NCBI GenBank assembly: GCA_036172245.1
Contig: JAYWIR010000019.1
Location: 2,914,001 to 2,978,000, forward strand
Source: Raillietiella orientalis
Taxonomy: Eukaryota
DNA length: 64,000 nt
Direction: 5' to 3'
Shown here: one piece after another, positions 52,101 through 64,000 of the stretch
Numbering within the stretch: the first letter of the stretch is position 1
How the letters are laid out: each line of letters starts with the position of its first letter
Translations under genes and position numbers: made by a program
Notes under the pieces: generated by a model
The model's input: only the letters and a program-made list of their open reading frames with translations
What the model was told of the DNA's origin: nothing
Databases searched by the model: none

Positions 52101-55100
52101 ATAGGTTTAAGGCTACATGCAACATTGAAGAATTCAAGTAAACACGACAATAATGGTAAGGTAGAATTAGCATCAAATTTATCTTCAATCCAAGTACTAT
52201 GACACAAGCGATATAAGCCCATTGCTGTTTCTTTTCGCACTGATGGTTCTGGATCTTCTAAAAGTAAACGTCTAAGACAAAGAGGTAGTTCAACACAGGA
52301 AAATAATGCCCATTTGGCTTTGGTATCGCTGAATACCCAGCAAGCTAAGAGACACATTGTGTAGTGCACAACCTGCAATGAGACAAAAAAAGAATTGAGC
52401 AAATTTGTAACAAATTACAATGAAGAATTTTACTTTATTCATTATTTACCAAATTTTAGACTACTATTAATTACCTGAGCTCTTCCCCAAAATCCAGTCT
52501 TGTATTGATGAGGATCTTGAGGAAGTGACATCTGTTTTAAAATAAAAATTAGGTGGCTAATAATAGATGAGCAATCTATCATGCAAAGTATTTTATCAGA
52601 TAACTTCCAAATTGGCCATCGATCTTCCATTTTGGAGAAATTATCCGTGTGAAAATGATGCACATGTGCTGCTGTTGAAGTTAATGATGAATTATCAATA
52701 TTCTCCATGCCAAAATGGTAAAGAAGTTTCATCAAGCAGGTAACGCAATCTTGTTGCCATTCAGACCACGGTTTTGTTGATGAAGGAAGTAAAGCATCAT
52801 CCATAAATATGTTCAGAAGATACTGTAATCCACCTTTATCGACAAACTGTTTTATCCATTCACAATTATTAGATGATTGTGCTATACTACGGGATTGATT
52901 ACCAAATGACTCAAGCACATATAATGAATATAGCAGCTTCTGAGGAGACTGTACATTTAATAAATTACCTAACTGCTCTGGAAAACTATCTGTATCACGG
53001 AAACGGGCAAAAATGTCTGGGGCGGTAGGTAACAATACTAGCAAATCCCAAATACGACGGGATAATACTTGTCCTTTGATATGGGGCACTGTATGACCTG
53101 CTTTATTAATCAAAGTTAAACCACTTAATTCTTGCATGAGAGTAAACAAGAGTTCAAAGTGATCAGGCAAAAGCAACAAAAGCATAGGTAATCGTTCTTT
53201 TGGGGGTGCTGGAAGAAAACATGCGGGTTCAACTAAATCTTTTTTCTGAAGTGGGCGAGTTGATCCCAGTGATATGTAAACTACCTGAAGATTTTTGAAG
53301 CCTATTTCCTGGAGGGTCTTTTCATCGAATTCGGGCAATAATTCTTGCCCCTGACTAATCATTCTTATACAAATATCTGAAAGTAATGATCCCAGAATAG
53401 GATTTGATTTTTCTTCTTCTGCCAGTTGTTTAGATTGTTCGTTTTCCCATAATTTAGTAGCTTCAGCACGTAAGTCACCAACATAGTCCGATAATGACAT
53501 TTCCAGGATATGTTTCTCTGAAATGCCAGTAAGCTGACAAGAAATGCGGATAACATTACTAGCATCTGTATCACATCCTTTTTGATGACTTGACACACCA
53601 CATCCATCCAATAGCCATTTTCGCAAATGAAATGCAAAACGTTTACGGAACAATTGTAAATGAGTTTTAAGAAGTACTAAAGCTCTCTGAATGACAAATA
53701 AGGATGTTTCCTCCTCCATATTTAATTTAGACAATGCTTGTCTTAGGTACAGCATGCACTTGGATATAAATTCTGGTTCACCTTCTAAACTGGGATATCC
53801 AGATAAATAATACTTATTTAAATAATTAATGGCAGCGTTGCTAACATCTGTACAACTCGCATGCAGAGCTATACGCCATAACTGGTCCGTACACGATTTT
53901 TCACAATCTTGAAATGCATTTGATAGTGCAAGAGAACTTTTGTGTGAAAGATTACATAAGTGTTGCAAAAGGCCAAGCGCCATCATGCTCAAACACTCTG
54001 GTCGCAATGATTGAAGCTTTTCCACAAATATATCTTTGAAAGCATCAAAATCAAGTGCATGCAATTCCTTTGTCTTTGCTTGAGTTAAAAGCCAATGGAA
54101 AAATTCATCACTACATACTGCATCTTCAGCCAAACAATTCCACAAGATATTAATCTGTTCTTGTGTTAAACAAAATGAATCAGGTGAGCCTTCTGTGGAA
54201 AACACAGAGGACAAAAAATGCAGGCGAACTTGAATTTCACTTCGATGAGAATATATTGGTAAAGAGGCATATAAATGCTGACTATAAGCTTGTAAATTAT
54301 TAAAGAAATGTTTCAGCATATGTTGTTCTTTAATGGCCCATAATATCATACGATGAGCATCTCCATTACAAAACTGATGAAAAGATGAAAACAATTTAGG
54401 TAGTAAACGGAGCACCACAATCACACTATGATTTTGACTAAGTTCTTGAAGGCATATTTCAATAAATTTCATCCGGATGAATCTATTCGTACTTAGGCAG
54501 ATTAGATTGCAGAGTTGTTTTTCTGCCTCAACTGCCAAACCTTCACTCAGATGGACAATATTTTTATCACTGAGTAAATCCCAAAGTAATGTCTTTCCTG
54601 GAAGAAATAAACCATCTATTTCCAATCGTGTTGCAGTATTACAATTTCCACAGTGCAAGGAATTTTTATAAGGATTATGGGGTAAGTGAGATTCATAAAA
54701 TGATGCCAGCTTTGCCAGTTTTGACGGGTGACTATTAACATCATTTAAGTTAGTGTCATTCAAATCGGTTATATCTTCTTCACAGCCTGATTCCTCTCCA
54801 TCAAAATCAGCCATATTTTTCTCCGATTTTGTACTGGCTTGGGAGGAAGTATTGTCATCATCTAAATTGATCGGATAATCAGAGGTTTCTCTGTCAACAG
54901 TTTGTATACTTTTTTTAAGATTATAACCATTTTGCTTGAAGGTATTTGCTGTTTCATGATTGATTTCGTGACAAACAGAAAATGGAGATAAAGAATTTTT
55001 AATGGCAGTATCACTGGAAGTTTGCAACTGAGAACTTTCGCTGGTGATTTCTAAAGATTGCTTAGCACAAACATTCTTTTCGTGGGCATTTCTGCAATCT

Positions 55101-58100
55101 TTTACACTTGAAGACTTGGCTTGTTCTGAGTTAGGAAAGTTCATCTTTTGATTTTCTTTGATGTGCTTTTTAATTTGCAAGGATTTATATTTATATTCTT
55201 TATTACTATCATATTTGTCACGACTCAACTTGGAAGCAGAGTTCGCTGGTGACTTCTCTTCTTTATTGAGTTGTAATGCCTTTAAAGTTTGGTCATTTTT
55301 TTTCGTTTTAGGAGCATTTTCACATTGTAAATAGTGAGATTCCTCGTCTTCAGTAGTATCTTCATCACTCTGAGTTGAATTTGAGAATTTCTGGTAATTC
55401 TGAGATAGCTTAATACGGTTTATTAGTTCTTTTTCCACATTAAATAAGGACTTATTCTTAGAAAGATAGTATCCCTCAACGATCTCATCCCCAGATTCAC
55501 TTCCTTCAATGCTAATACTGTTTTCACTGCTACTAGATTCCTGTTCTAATGAATTACGTATGACTGGAAAGGACTCTTGTAATAGAAGCGAAAAAGGTGT
55601 ATCACTTGTAAAAATAGGTTGATAGTTGTTTCCGCTACTCCAAATGTATTTGATTATTGCTGAAGCAAGGTATAAACTTTGCTCAGTATGTTCTTTCATT
55701 TCTAATTTGCATAAAAAAGTATATAATTGCAATACTGGTTTTGCTTCCATGTTTTTAATTATTGTACACAAAATTTCATATACTTGTTTGCTACAGTGTT
55801 TCACTTGTGCAGCAGCCCAGATTACATCTATATGCTCTGCTTTTAACTTTCCTTCCATGGCCAAAAAGTTCAAGATAACAAAGCTTTGTTTAATGACCTG
55901 AAAGAACAAATGATTGATTTTTCATTCTAATAAATTAAATGATTCACTATGCCAATCAAAGTCTTACAGGAATCTCTAAGAAACATTTACAGATAAAAAC
56001 GTTTTTACAAATGAAATGACTAGTTTTTGGAGTATTTGTTCTTAATGATAATTTAAATCCATTCCATTTGTAATGAAAATGAAATATTTTCAAGATATTC
56101 CCTAATTTTCAATATGTACCGATTAAGAAACGATTATTCAATTTTTCACTTGCTTTGTGCACTTTTATGATGCAACTGCAGAACAGACTCATAAAATAAT
56201 GTTTTCCATGATTCAACATATTTACCATAATTACCAATAACAGCACATTTTCGTGGAAAAAATATGCTGTTATTGAAATGCAGTGTATTAGAGGATTTAC
56301 AGCAATACTGAGTACCAGAATTTCAAGGTACAATTAAAAAATACTATTAACTGTACCAAATTTAAAAAATATTTAATGTTAAATCATTTCAATTCTTATT
56401 AGCTATATTATCGGTTATGATAGATAATTAATTAAACACCAATGCAGTTCCATCTGTAATGCACACTTGATGAAACACTGAAGTAAATGATGTAATAGGG
56501 AAACCATATGACTACAAAGTATTACATGGTGTTCAACTACAGAATTTATTATTTAATGTTCTTACTAGCATTAAAAATCTGTGCAAACATCGTTTAGAGT
56601 ACAATTTTAGATACAACTTTCCTGAACTTACCTCAATATGTAAGTTAGGTCCAAATATAAGTTCAATAATATTATTTTCAATTAACCAATTAGTCAGATT
56701 CATTCCAATTGTTTCTGCTTCAATGATACTATCACTGTTGCAAAGGTCATTAAACATATTAATATAAGTATTGATATGAGTAATTCCTGCAAGTCTCATT
56801 GTCAATGTGCTACTTGTAAAATACTTGAAAGCCAAATCCAGTCCTTCTTTATCAAATCCCAGAGGAACTTCCAGAGGATCCTTCATGGCATTCCACATAA
56901 AATCTAAAAAGGGTGGGCAACTTTAATAAAGTATTCCCAGTTGATAAACAATGTGAAAGGTTTAATGCAACAGAAAGGACTTTAATTAGAGAATACGGGG
57001 GAAAAATGGGAGCAAGAAGCCATAAATGAAAAACACATGTTAGAGTTGCTACCCTAAAATGAATGTTTTGCTATGAATTTTATAAAACACAAAAACAGCT
57101 ACAAAGTTTTGACAAAGAACAAAAAAAATATATTTTGATCAGGAATTCTGGTGTATATTAAAAGTGTCGTAAGAATGCACATTTTTATTTTCTTTCATGA
57201 ATTAAACTCTTGAGAAAGCAGGACACAGCATCAAACACATTTGTATGACCCATGCACACACACACATTACATATATAATCACAATCAGTAATTATAATAA
57301 TTTAAAATTATTCTGTAATTTATACGAGTTCATTAGAATCTATGGAAAATTTAGAAAAATTAAATAAAATCTATTAATGCTGCCTCCAAGTAAACTTTAA
57401 AATTAAAACAAATCCAAATAAAATTCCCATATTGAAATGAAAGCACAACCCTTACATAAGAATGACTTAAATACAGACCACACACTAGTTCTGAAATACA
57501 AAAACCCAAAGCAAACCATTACATTTATAATTAAGGAACTTAGTTGTACACATTCTTTCCATGATTCCTTACCTGCAATATTTCTCACACTTGGCAAACG
57601 AAAATCTTTTTCATTTATGTTACAAAGATATTTCAATATAACAGCTCTTAAAGGAATCAAATATTCAATTGTAGCTTTTGTGTTAAGCCACAGTTTAAGA
57701 TTGGCAATGATACCAATCAAATTATGGGCCAAATTCAAAGGAAGAATTGAGATGTTTTGACTTTCAAAACATTGCTGAATTGCCTGTACTCCTTTCTGCT
57801 TGCAAAACAAGGATACATTTTTTAATAAATTTAGTGGAATTTCTGTATCATGAGTGTGACAAAGTTCACTAATGGCTGCAACATCTGCTGCATCTTTCTG
57901 ATCCTCCAACTTATTCTGAAAAGTGGATTTCGGAGGGATATAAAACGGATAATTCAATAAAAATATTTTTGATGAGAAGCATAGGAGCTTTTCAATTTCC
58001 TCTAAGTTCCATAATTCTGTAACACTTTGCAATTTCTCATTAATAAATAGCTTAATTTCAAAAGCCAAAAAGTCTTCTTTCTGATTTGCATCGTTTTCTT

Positions 58101-59052
58101 CAAAAGCTTTAGACCTTTTCTGAAGAGCAGTGGGTAACTGTTCTAGATGATGAATAACTGTTAGAAGAAGCTTTTGTGTAAAACAGTTCAGGTGATCAAA
58201 ATTGTGACTTTCTCGAGAACAACATGTACACTGTCTATAATGGATTAATTAATCTCTCTACTAGAATTAAAGCATTTTCACTGTCCTTACCCTATTGAAA
58301 AACCATGAACATAAGTGATGAATATTTCAAGTTCCTCTTTGGAGAGGTAGAATTTCTTTTCATATATTTCCTTGTCTACAGGGATTGAATGCCCTAAAAG
58401 ATGAAAATTTCATTCTGAAAATTCACTAAGAGCATCGAAAATTACAGCAGTTTCATGATATTTCATTTTTATAATGTAGGTGTGAGAAATTCAAGACTAT
58501 ATGGATTTAATACTCCGGAAATCTTATAGTGCACACAAGGAGAACATCTGTTTACACATTAAACTTTAAAAAATTCAGAAATGGGGTAAAGTATGCAATT
58601 AACGTGGAGCAAAAGTTTTTTTTATTTTGTGGAGGTTGCACAAAACCTCTCTGCTAAATTCGTAGTGAATTAATTTTCTTTATATCGGAGTCAATTGAAT
58701 TTTAAAAAATTGTCACATGGATATATTTAATTTATTTTACAACGCTATCCAATATATTTACATTAAAATACCGAAATACTACACTATAAGCATTAATACA
58801 CCTTTCTAACATCATCTTTGCAGTCTTCAAAATGAGTACATAATACACATACGTACACACACATATATACACATGCCATACTTCCTATTTTCTTAATGCA
58901 TGTAATAAACAAATATTTCTAAGGGAAAGCATGAAATAGTACTAAAACTTCAAGCTCATTTAATTTTACTTAGACTCTTTCACTTCATATGAGATATATA
59001 CAGACTTACTACTGTTCAGTAAATCTATTATTTCATTGAAATTTTCGCACAT
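44875..59052 (-). CDS. USP34: Ubiquitin carboxyl-terminal hydrolase 34 (giant USP deubiquitinase), multi-exon, including one exon of about 3.4 kb (~52474-55897)
   Basis: N-terminus MCENFNEIIDLLN..QCTCC matches USP34 MCENC..RQCLCC as I recall it. Further motifs: LDLAFKYFTSSTLTMRLAGI, KSEKNMADFDGEESGCEED, Cys box GYVGLTNLGATCYMASCIQHLYM, His box VTVHTGTADGGHYYSFIRE, FSFEKTNSAYMLFY, WPVQILIKCPNQMVRQMFHRLC and MLPLYYGILCMCCEMSRSF. Introns are GT-AG. Confidence 0.96.
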
Positions 59053-59926
59053 TATCTGTCCATTTTGTGGAATTTTGTGGTTTTCTTTTGTTGTTTGTTT
59101 TTAAATTGGCATACAAACAAAACTGCAAACCGTTGGCTCCTCTGCCCCTGCACAGCTGATTATATCAAGGCTATCAAGTATCTAATTCTGTTATTCCATA
59201 TCAAAGCTGTATTCCTTGATAATTAATGGCGTGATCTTCCAGAGGTCATTATTATAAAATAGAATTTTCTATAAAAGCATATAACTAGTTGACATTACTC
59301 TGATCGTATGTTTATTTGGATGAACTGGAAATAAGATTCGGAGATGAAATATATTTGAGATAATAATATTTGGATTAAACTCAAATAAGATCGCATAAAA
59401 AATAACAATTCATATTTAGGATAAGCTTTAAACTTTATATCAAAACAAGTTGTATCCAGAATTATTTATGCTTATTCGAATGTATTGATGGCTATCAATT
59501 TTTCTGACTTTCCACAACATTTCTTTGATTGAACACCTAATCTAACTCGCTTAGCTGATTGATATATTTCTTTCTAAACTAGCGGATGGTTTTCATATAG
59601 GGTGGATCTAATAATGATTGAAGGCGGAACTAATTCGATCTAAAATTAGTAATAATTTGAAAAATATTGTCCTTTAATTAGAATTTCATAAAATACAAAA
59701 CGGTCTTTATAGCATGATAATGCAAATATGTATTATTTTACTATAAAACGAAAAAACAAACAAACAAAGGTTTAGATGAAATATGAAAATTCCTTAGAGA
59801 AATTTTAAATATGAAAATATGAAACTTGCATTTCAGGAAAAAGCAGAAAATATGGATATAAATATGAATTTTCTCAGTAGGATGGGAGGAATTTTCATAT
59901 TTTCAAATATGAAAATTCCCCCTTTT

Positions 59927-59963
59927 CTGCTTTGTCTCTTAGATCATCTAAGAGACAAAGCAG
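59927..59963. repeat. Perfect 18-bp palindrome with 1-nt centre, next to ATATGAAAAT(TCC) iterated motifs (59775-59920)
   Basis: CTGCTTTGTCTCTTAGAT-C-ATCTAAGAGACAAAGCAG. Confidence 0.85.
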
Positions 59964-60208
59964 TGTTCGGCAATATAATAGCAATTCGGTTGATCCAAAC
60001 CTCATTTTTTTTATCTATTAATGTATTTTCACTCCCAAGATCATTCGTATCTAGAGGAAATCGTTTTCAAATTTTCGACAACTTGTTTTCAGCCAAATTA
60101 ACATACATTTTTTTAGCATGTGGATTTGATGAAGTAAACTTCTTGAAAAAGTTTCTTAAATTAATTTCTCTTCATTTCCAGATAGCTCTTAGTCATTCTT
60201 TAAACCTA

Positions 60209-60216
60209 TATCGATA
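60209..60216. promoter_or_regulatory. Possible DRE (DREF-binding) housekeeping promoter element about 1.16 kb upstream of the USP34 ATG
   Basis: Exact TATCGATA. Function is extrapolated from Drosophila and the TSS is unknown. Confidence 0.2.
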
Positions 60217-60454
60217 AACCGACAGATTTTTTACCCACCTCGAGCACATCTATGCATGTAAGAATTCATCTCCTCCTAAAAAAAACATTAGACATTCACT
60301 AATTCCACACGAATCTGTTCACGTTGTTCCATTTCGAGTTGTGTTAATGGAAAAACACAGCTGGAAAACATTTTCTCTTTTCTGATGTATTGTCATTCGT
60401 ATGGATAAATGCTTCGAATTCTCGGTTATTATTCCAACTGAGCATTCTTCAGTG

Positions 60455-60954
60455 CAGCGTTTCCCAAGCTACTTTCCGGGGAACACTGGTGTTCCCCAGA
60501 AAGTCAATAAGTGTTCCGTGAAAACTTATGAAAAATGAATGCATTTTAAATAAATTTATTTTAAAATGAACTGATCATTTTAAAATGAATGCCAAGTCGA
60601 AAGATGTTTGAAACTCTGGCGCTACTCGCTTTGCGAGTCAGCAGCCTTGCCTGACATGATGTGCCTGAGGTCAAAAGAATTTGTCATTCAAAGACCCCAA
60701 AACATCGAAGCCATTAAGAACGTAATTTTACTATATATACGCTAATTTATTTTACCACTTTCATGTGTTTTTGTTTTGCATAATTAAAAATTTGAGAATG
60801 GAGTGTTTTCGCTTTGTTTTCTCAACTCTTATGTTCACTTGCTTAATTTATTTATTATTAATATCTACCTACCCTATAAAATAGCCCAAGTACTCCGCTA
60901 AAATTTCAGGATTTGTGAAGTGTTCCGTCATGGGAAAAAGGCTGGGGAACGCTG
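60455..60954 (+). mobile_element. Non-autonomous hAT-Charlie/Buster element of 500 bp
   Basis: TIRs CAGCGTTTCCCAAGCT and (reverse complement) CAGCGTTCCCCAGCCT. 8-bp TSD CTTCAGTG / CTTTAGTG (7 of 8 match). Subterminal GTGTTCC(G) motifs. Transposase C-terminal remnant VPEVKRICHSKTPKHRSH* at ~60661-60717. Confidence 0.88.
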
Positions 60955-63900
60955 CTTTAGTGTCTTAAAATTCTTTTAGGCTTTTATGGATACTAACAGT
61001 TCATTGCAAATTCTTAATTTTCAAGTCGCCGCTGAGTTATATTGGCTGAACAACGCATATTTATAGAAAAAGAGAAGTATTGAATGCATTCACATATTCT
61101 ATAAATATTTGGTTCATTTTTAATGGAACAGTAGATGTCAATAGCTATCGAATTACCACATGCATATTCAATCAGTTACTCATGCGTTTATATACAATGT
61201 ACATTAGAGCTGGCACTGCACATCATATTTATGATTATATCTTAGAAGGGGAAATTCAGGTATGTTCGATTTATGAATACCATGAATGTTCAGAATATTA
61301 ATGAATTTTCAAGATTCCATAACATAGGAGTTATTGAGGTAATTAAAATTCGTTTTATAGCAATCATTAGCAATTTCATGACAAGAGAAACGGTGGTTTT
61401 TGCCTGCTACATATGCAGCTAAGGGAATTGGTCCAAACCAGCTTAAATTGCTTTGAATGACATACTGGACCGGAGAGCTTCGAGGAAACGTTCAAATAAA
61501 CTTTAAATAGGATCCTAATCGCCTGGGAAGTGTATTTAGATTTAAAAATTACAAGGCGACCGCATAGATGCCACGATTTCCACATTTCTCAGAAAAAGAT
61601 ATTCCAAAACTGTGGAACATTCTGCCTTAGTGGGAACAAGTATGGCTTCTTTACGAAGTTGGAGCAGAAATGATTACAGCCGAGATTAAGAAACCAGAGA
61701 AACATCATCCCTTTCATGGCGCTCGTCTTAAAAAGCAAGCAGATCATCGAAAGATGATCAGAAAGAAAGCAGAGCACAAGGGAACCTACTCCCGGGAAGT
61801 CTGAGTTCTAATGGAGGATGCTTAACCCCGCTAATGAATGTTTTACCATAAATGCCACAGGGGAACCGAGCTGACTATTCTGAGGACGAGAAACGAAAAA
61901 GTCAGGGGGGCGGAAGAACAGGTTCCATACTCGAAAGGAGGCGAATTACACAGGTTGTTTTAGCCGACCTGTTCGGGAGTCAACTTCAGCGGTTGTTCTG
62001 CCTGCGAATGACCGAGCAGCACCGACTTAATTTCTTAATTGCTGACTTGGTTACTGACTTAATCTGCTAACGCGCTGACACACGACCAACGAACTCTGCA
62101 CCGAAGTCTGCGCGTTCACAATCTGCAGCGTGCAGCAGCTCTTCTGGAAAACCACAAACCTCACAGATTTAATGCAACGGACGCCGCGTATGTGGTGGAA
62201 CTACCAAAGGCAGGGCAGAAACGTTTTCGACTCCTCGACCCGCAAAATAAACTCAGGTGGGAGGTGCGAAGTGTGAATGGGAGTATACTCGCAGAGGATA
62301 ACGTCAGGGCACTGCTTGGCGGGAATGTGCGTGCGTGAGGCGTTTTTACTGAGCATCCCTGAAACAGAGATCCGGACTGAGCACAAAGAAACGTTGTGTG
62401 AACTCATCAAGCGCGAATTCACCTCTTTGCCCCGACCGTCGCTTCACGTGCAAGCACGGAACGCTCAGAGCAGCAGCATCTCTCCATCTCTCCCCGCTCA
62501 GGAGGAACGCTCCGCTTCGTTTGTGCAACTTTGATACGTTGTCCTTTGCTCATCGGATTCGAACGAATGTGTGGAAAGGTGAACTCTGCAGACTGACTCT
62601 CTGCACCGCTTGGATGGTTTTCACTCTCCTCTGTCCTCACACCGGACTAAGAATTTGTTTATTTCCGTTCGGGGAGTCCCACACAATAACAATTCAGAAG
62701 CATGGGATGTTTTTTTTTCCCGTATAGAGTCATCTGTGATTAAGATATCAGATGCCTCGTTTTCTGTCGGTTTCCAGTCTTAATCAAGACTTCTGGGGAA
62801 AAGGCGGAATCCTGTGGCGGCGTGACACTGCCTATTCACACAGGAGAAGGAAAGTTATGGCAGAAAATCGTTATCTTGTTTTTCTCTTTTCACCGCCCAT
62901 GAAATCCCATTCCATCTAAACTTAATTACTCCATCCTGCTTTTCCTGAGAACCAGAAGTCATAAATACATTGATATGCCCAACAGGAAAAACGAATGCTC
63001 ACTCTTTCGGGGGGGGGGGGAGGGGGCACATTTTTGGGAGCACGGATTTCGTGAGAGTCCTAGAGACCGCATCCTGATCTCACACAGAACAATATATTTT
63101 TTGTAGATCCAGCTTCCACCTTCATCTTGGTTGTCTCAACATATGCTCAGGGCTACAAAAAAATTTTTTGTTTTTTTCCCTCGGTCTAACCCAGAGTGGG
63201 AATGCAAAGTAAATTATTCTTTTAGTTTCCCCAAATAACAAGAAAAGATGTCGTTAGCATGTTAAAGCATACCCCAATTCGTAAGAAAAGATTAGTTTAT
63301 TCCAAACCTTCCCAGTGAAAACTTAGGTTTCTAAAACCGTTTAGAGTAAATTTTAAAGTCGAAGTATATACAAAAGCATAAAACAAACGTCCCTACACTT
63401 CCGAAAAGAATGCTGAGGTCTCTCTGGTCACACAGAAGACACGAAAGAATTTCATGCAGTTTCTCAGGTTCACCCAATGGTCTTCGTTAACGTAGGACCA
63501 AGTGCGGTGCCCAACTGATCAGTTATTTCATTTATTCATCCACGGTCAATCCTTAATTCAATAAGCATTCAGGTATATGGATTTGTTCTTGCGGGGGACT
63601 TACAATGGGAATCTCCTAGCAAACAAGAAACTTTTGCTAATTTGCATACGTGGCAAAAGAGGAATTTGCAAAGCCCATTTGGGGGGAGAAAAGTCAAGCT
63701 GTCATTAGGGAGAAGGTTGCCGTTTTGCGACCGTAAATCATGAACAACTTGCTCGTCTCATCTCTTCCCATCCTTTTCTTGCTTTCCCTTGAGGAGGCAT
63801 TCAAGAAGACTGCAAACTCTGGCAAACGAACATCTTAGGCCATCGAAAATGCCAAACGTGAAGCAGGAAAAAGTTGGAGAGGAATTCACCATTCTTCGGA

Positions 63901-64000
63901 CAAAGATGTGAATTGGTTTGGGTTGCTTTGGAAATCAGGCACTCTTCCAAAGAGACTGGATCCCCAGCAGCCATGTCCCAGCGTCATGTCACATGGCGAG

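Overview
Eukaryotic genomic DNA from an invertebrate animal (inferred from the gene set and the 42-61 nt GT-AG introns; species not identifiable). Five intron-containing protein genes were reconstructed by hand. (1) A trachealess/NPAS1-3-type bHLH-PAS gene (+, 3071-16964; first coding exon not located). (2) A RhoGAP (+, 22074-24318). (3) AP-2 sigma subunit AP2S1 (-, 24390-25117), which the ORF track misses entirely. (4) DPY30 (+, 37228-41800). (5) The giant deubiquitinase USP34 (-, 44875-59052). The window also holds an HSP20 pseudogene with a 36-bp micro-inversion, two inverted internally deleted Tigger/pogo-type transposon copies bracketing a decayed LINE, a TA-flanked foldback MITE and a hAT-Charlie MITE. 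The most unusual item is an unexplained ~640-bp GC-rich island at 26447-27105. It is built from iterated double-hairpin units with mostly strand-biased G-T/G-U pairs and ends in a Pol III-like T-run plus A17. It is a candidate novel structured ncRNA, SINE or ssDNA-structured element. Most short ORFs in the supplied track are GC-rich or antisense noise. All family calls rest on recalled motifs, not database searches.
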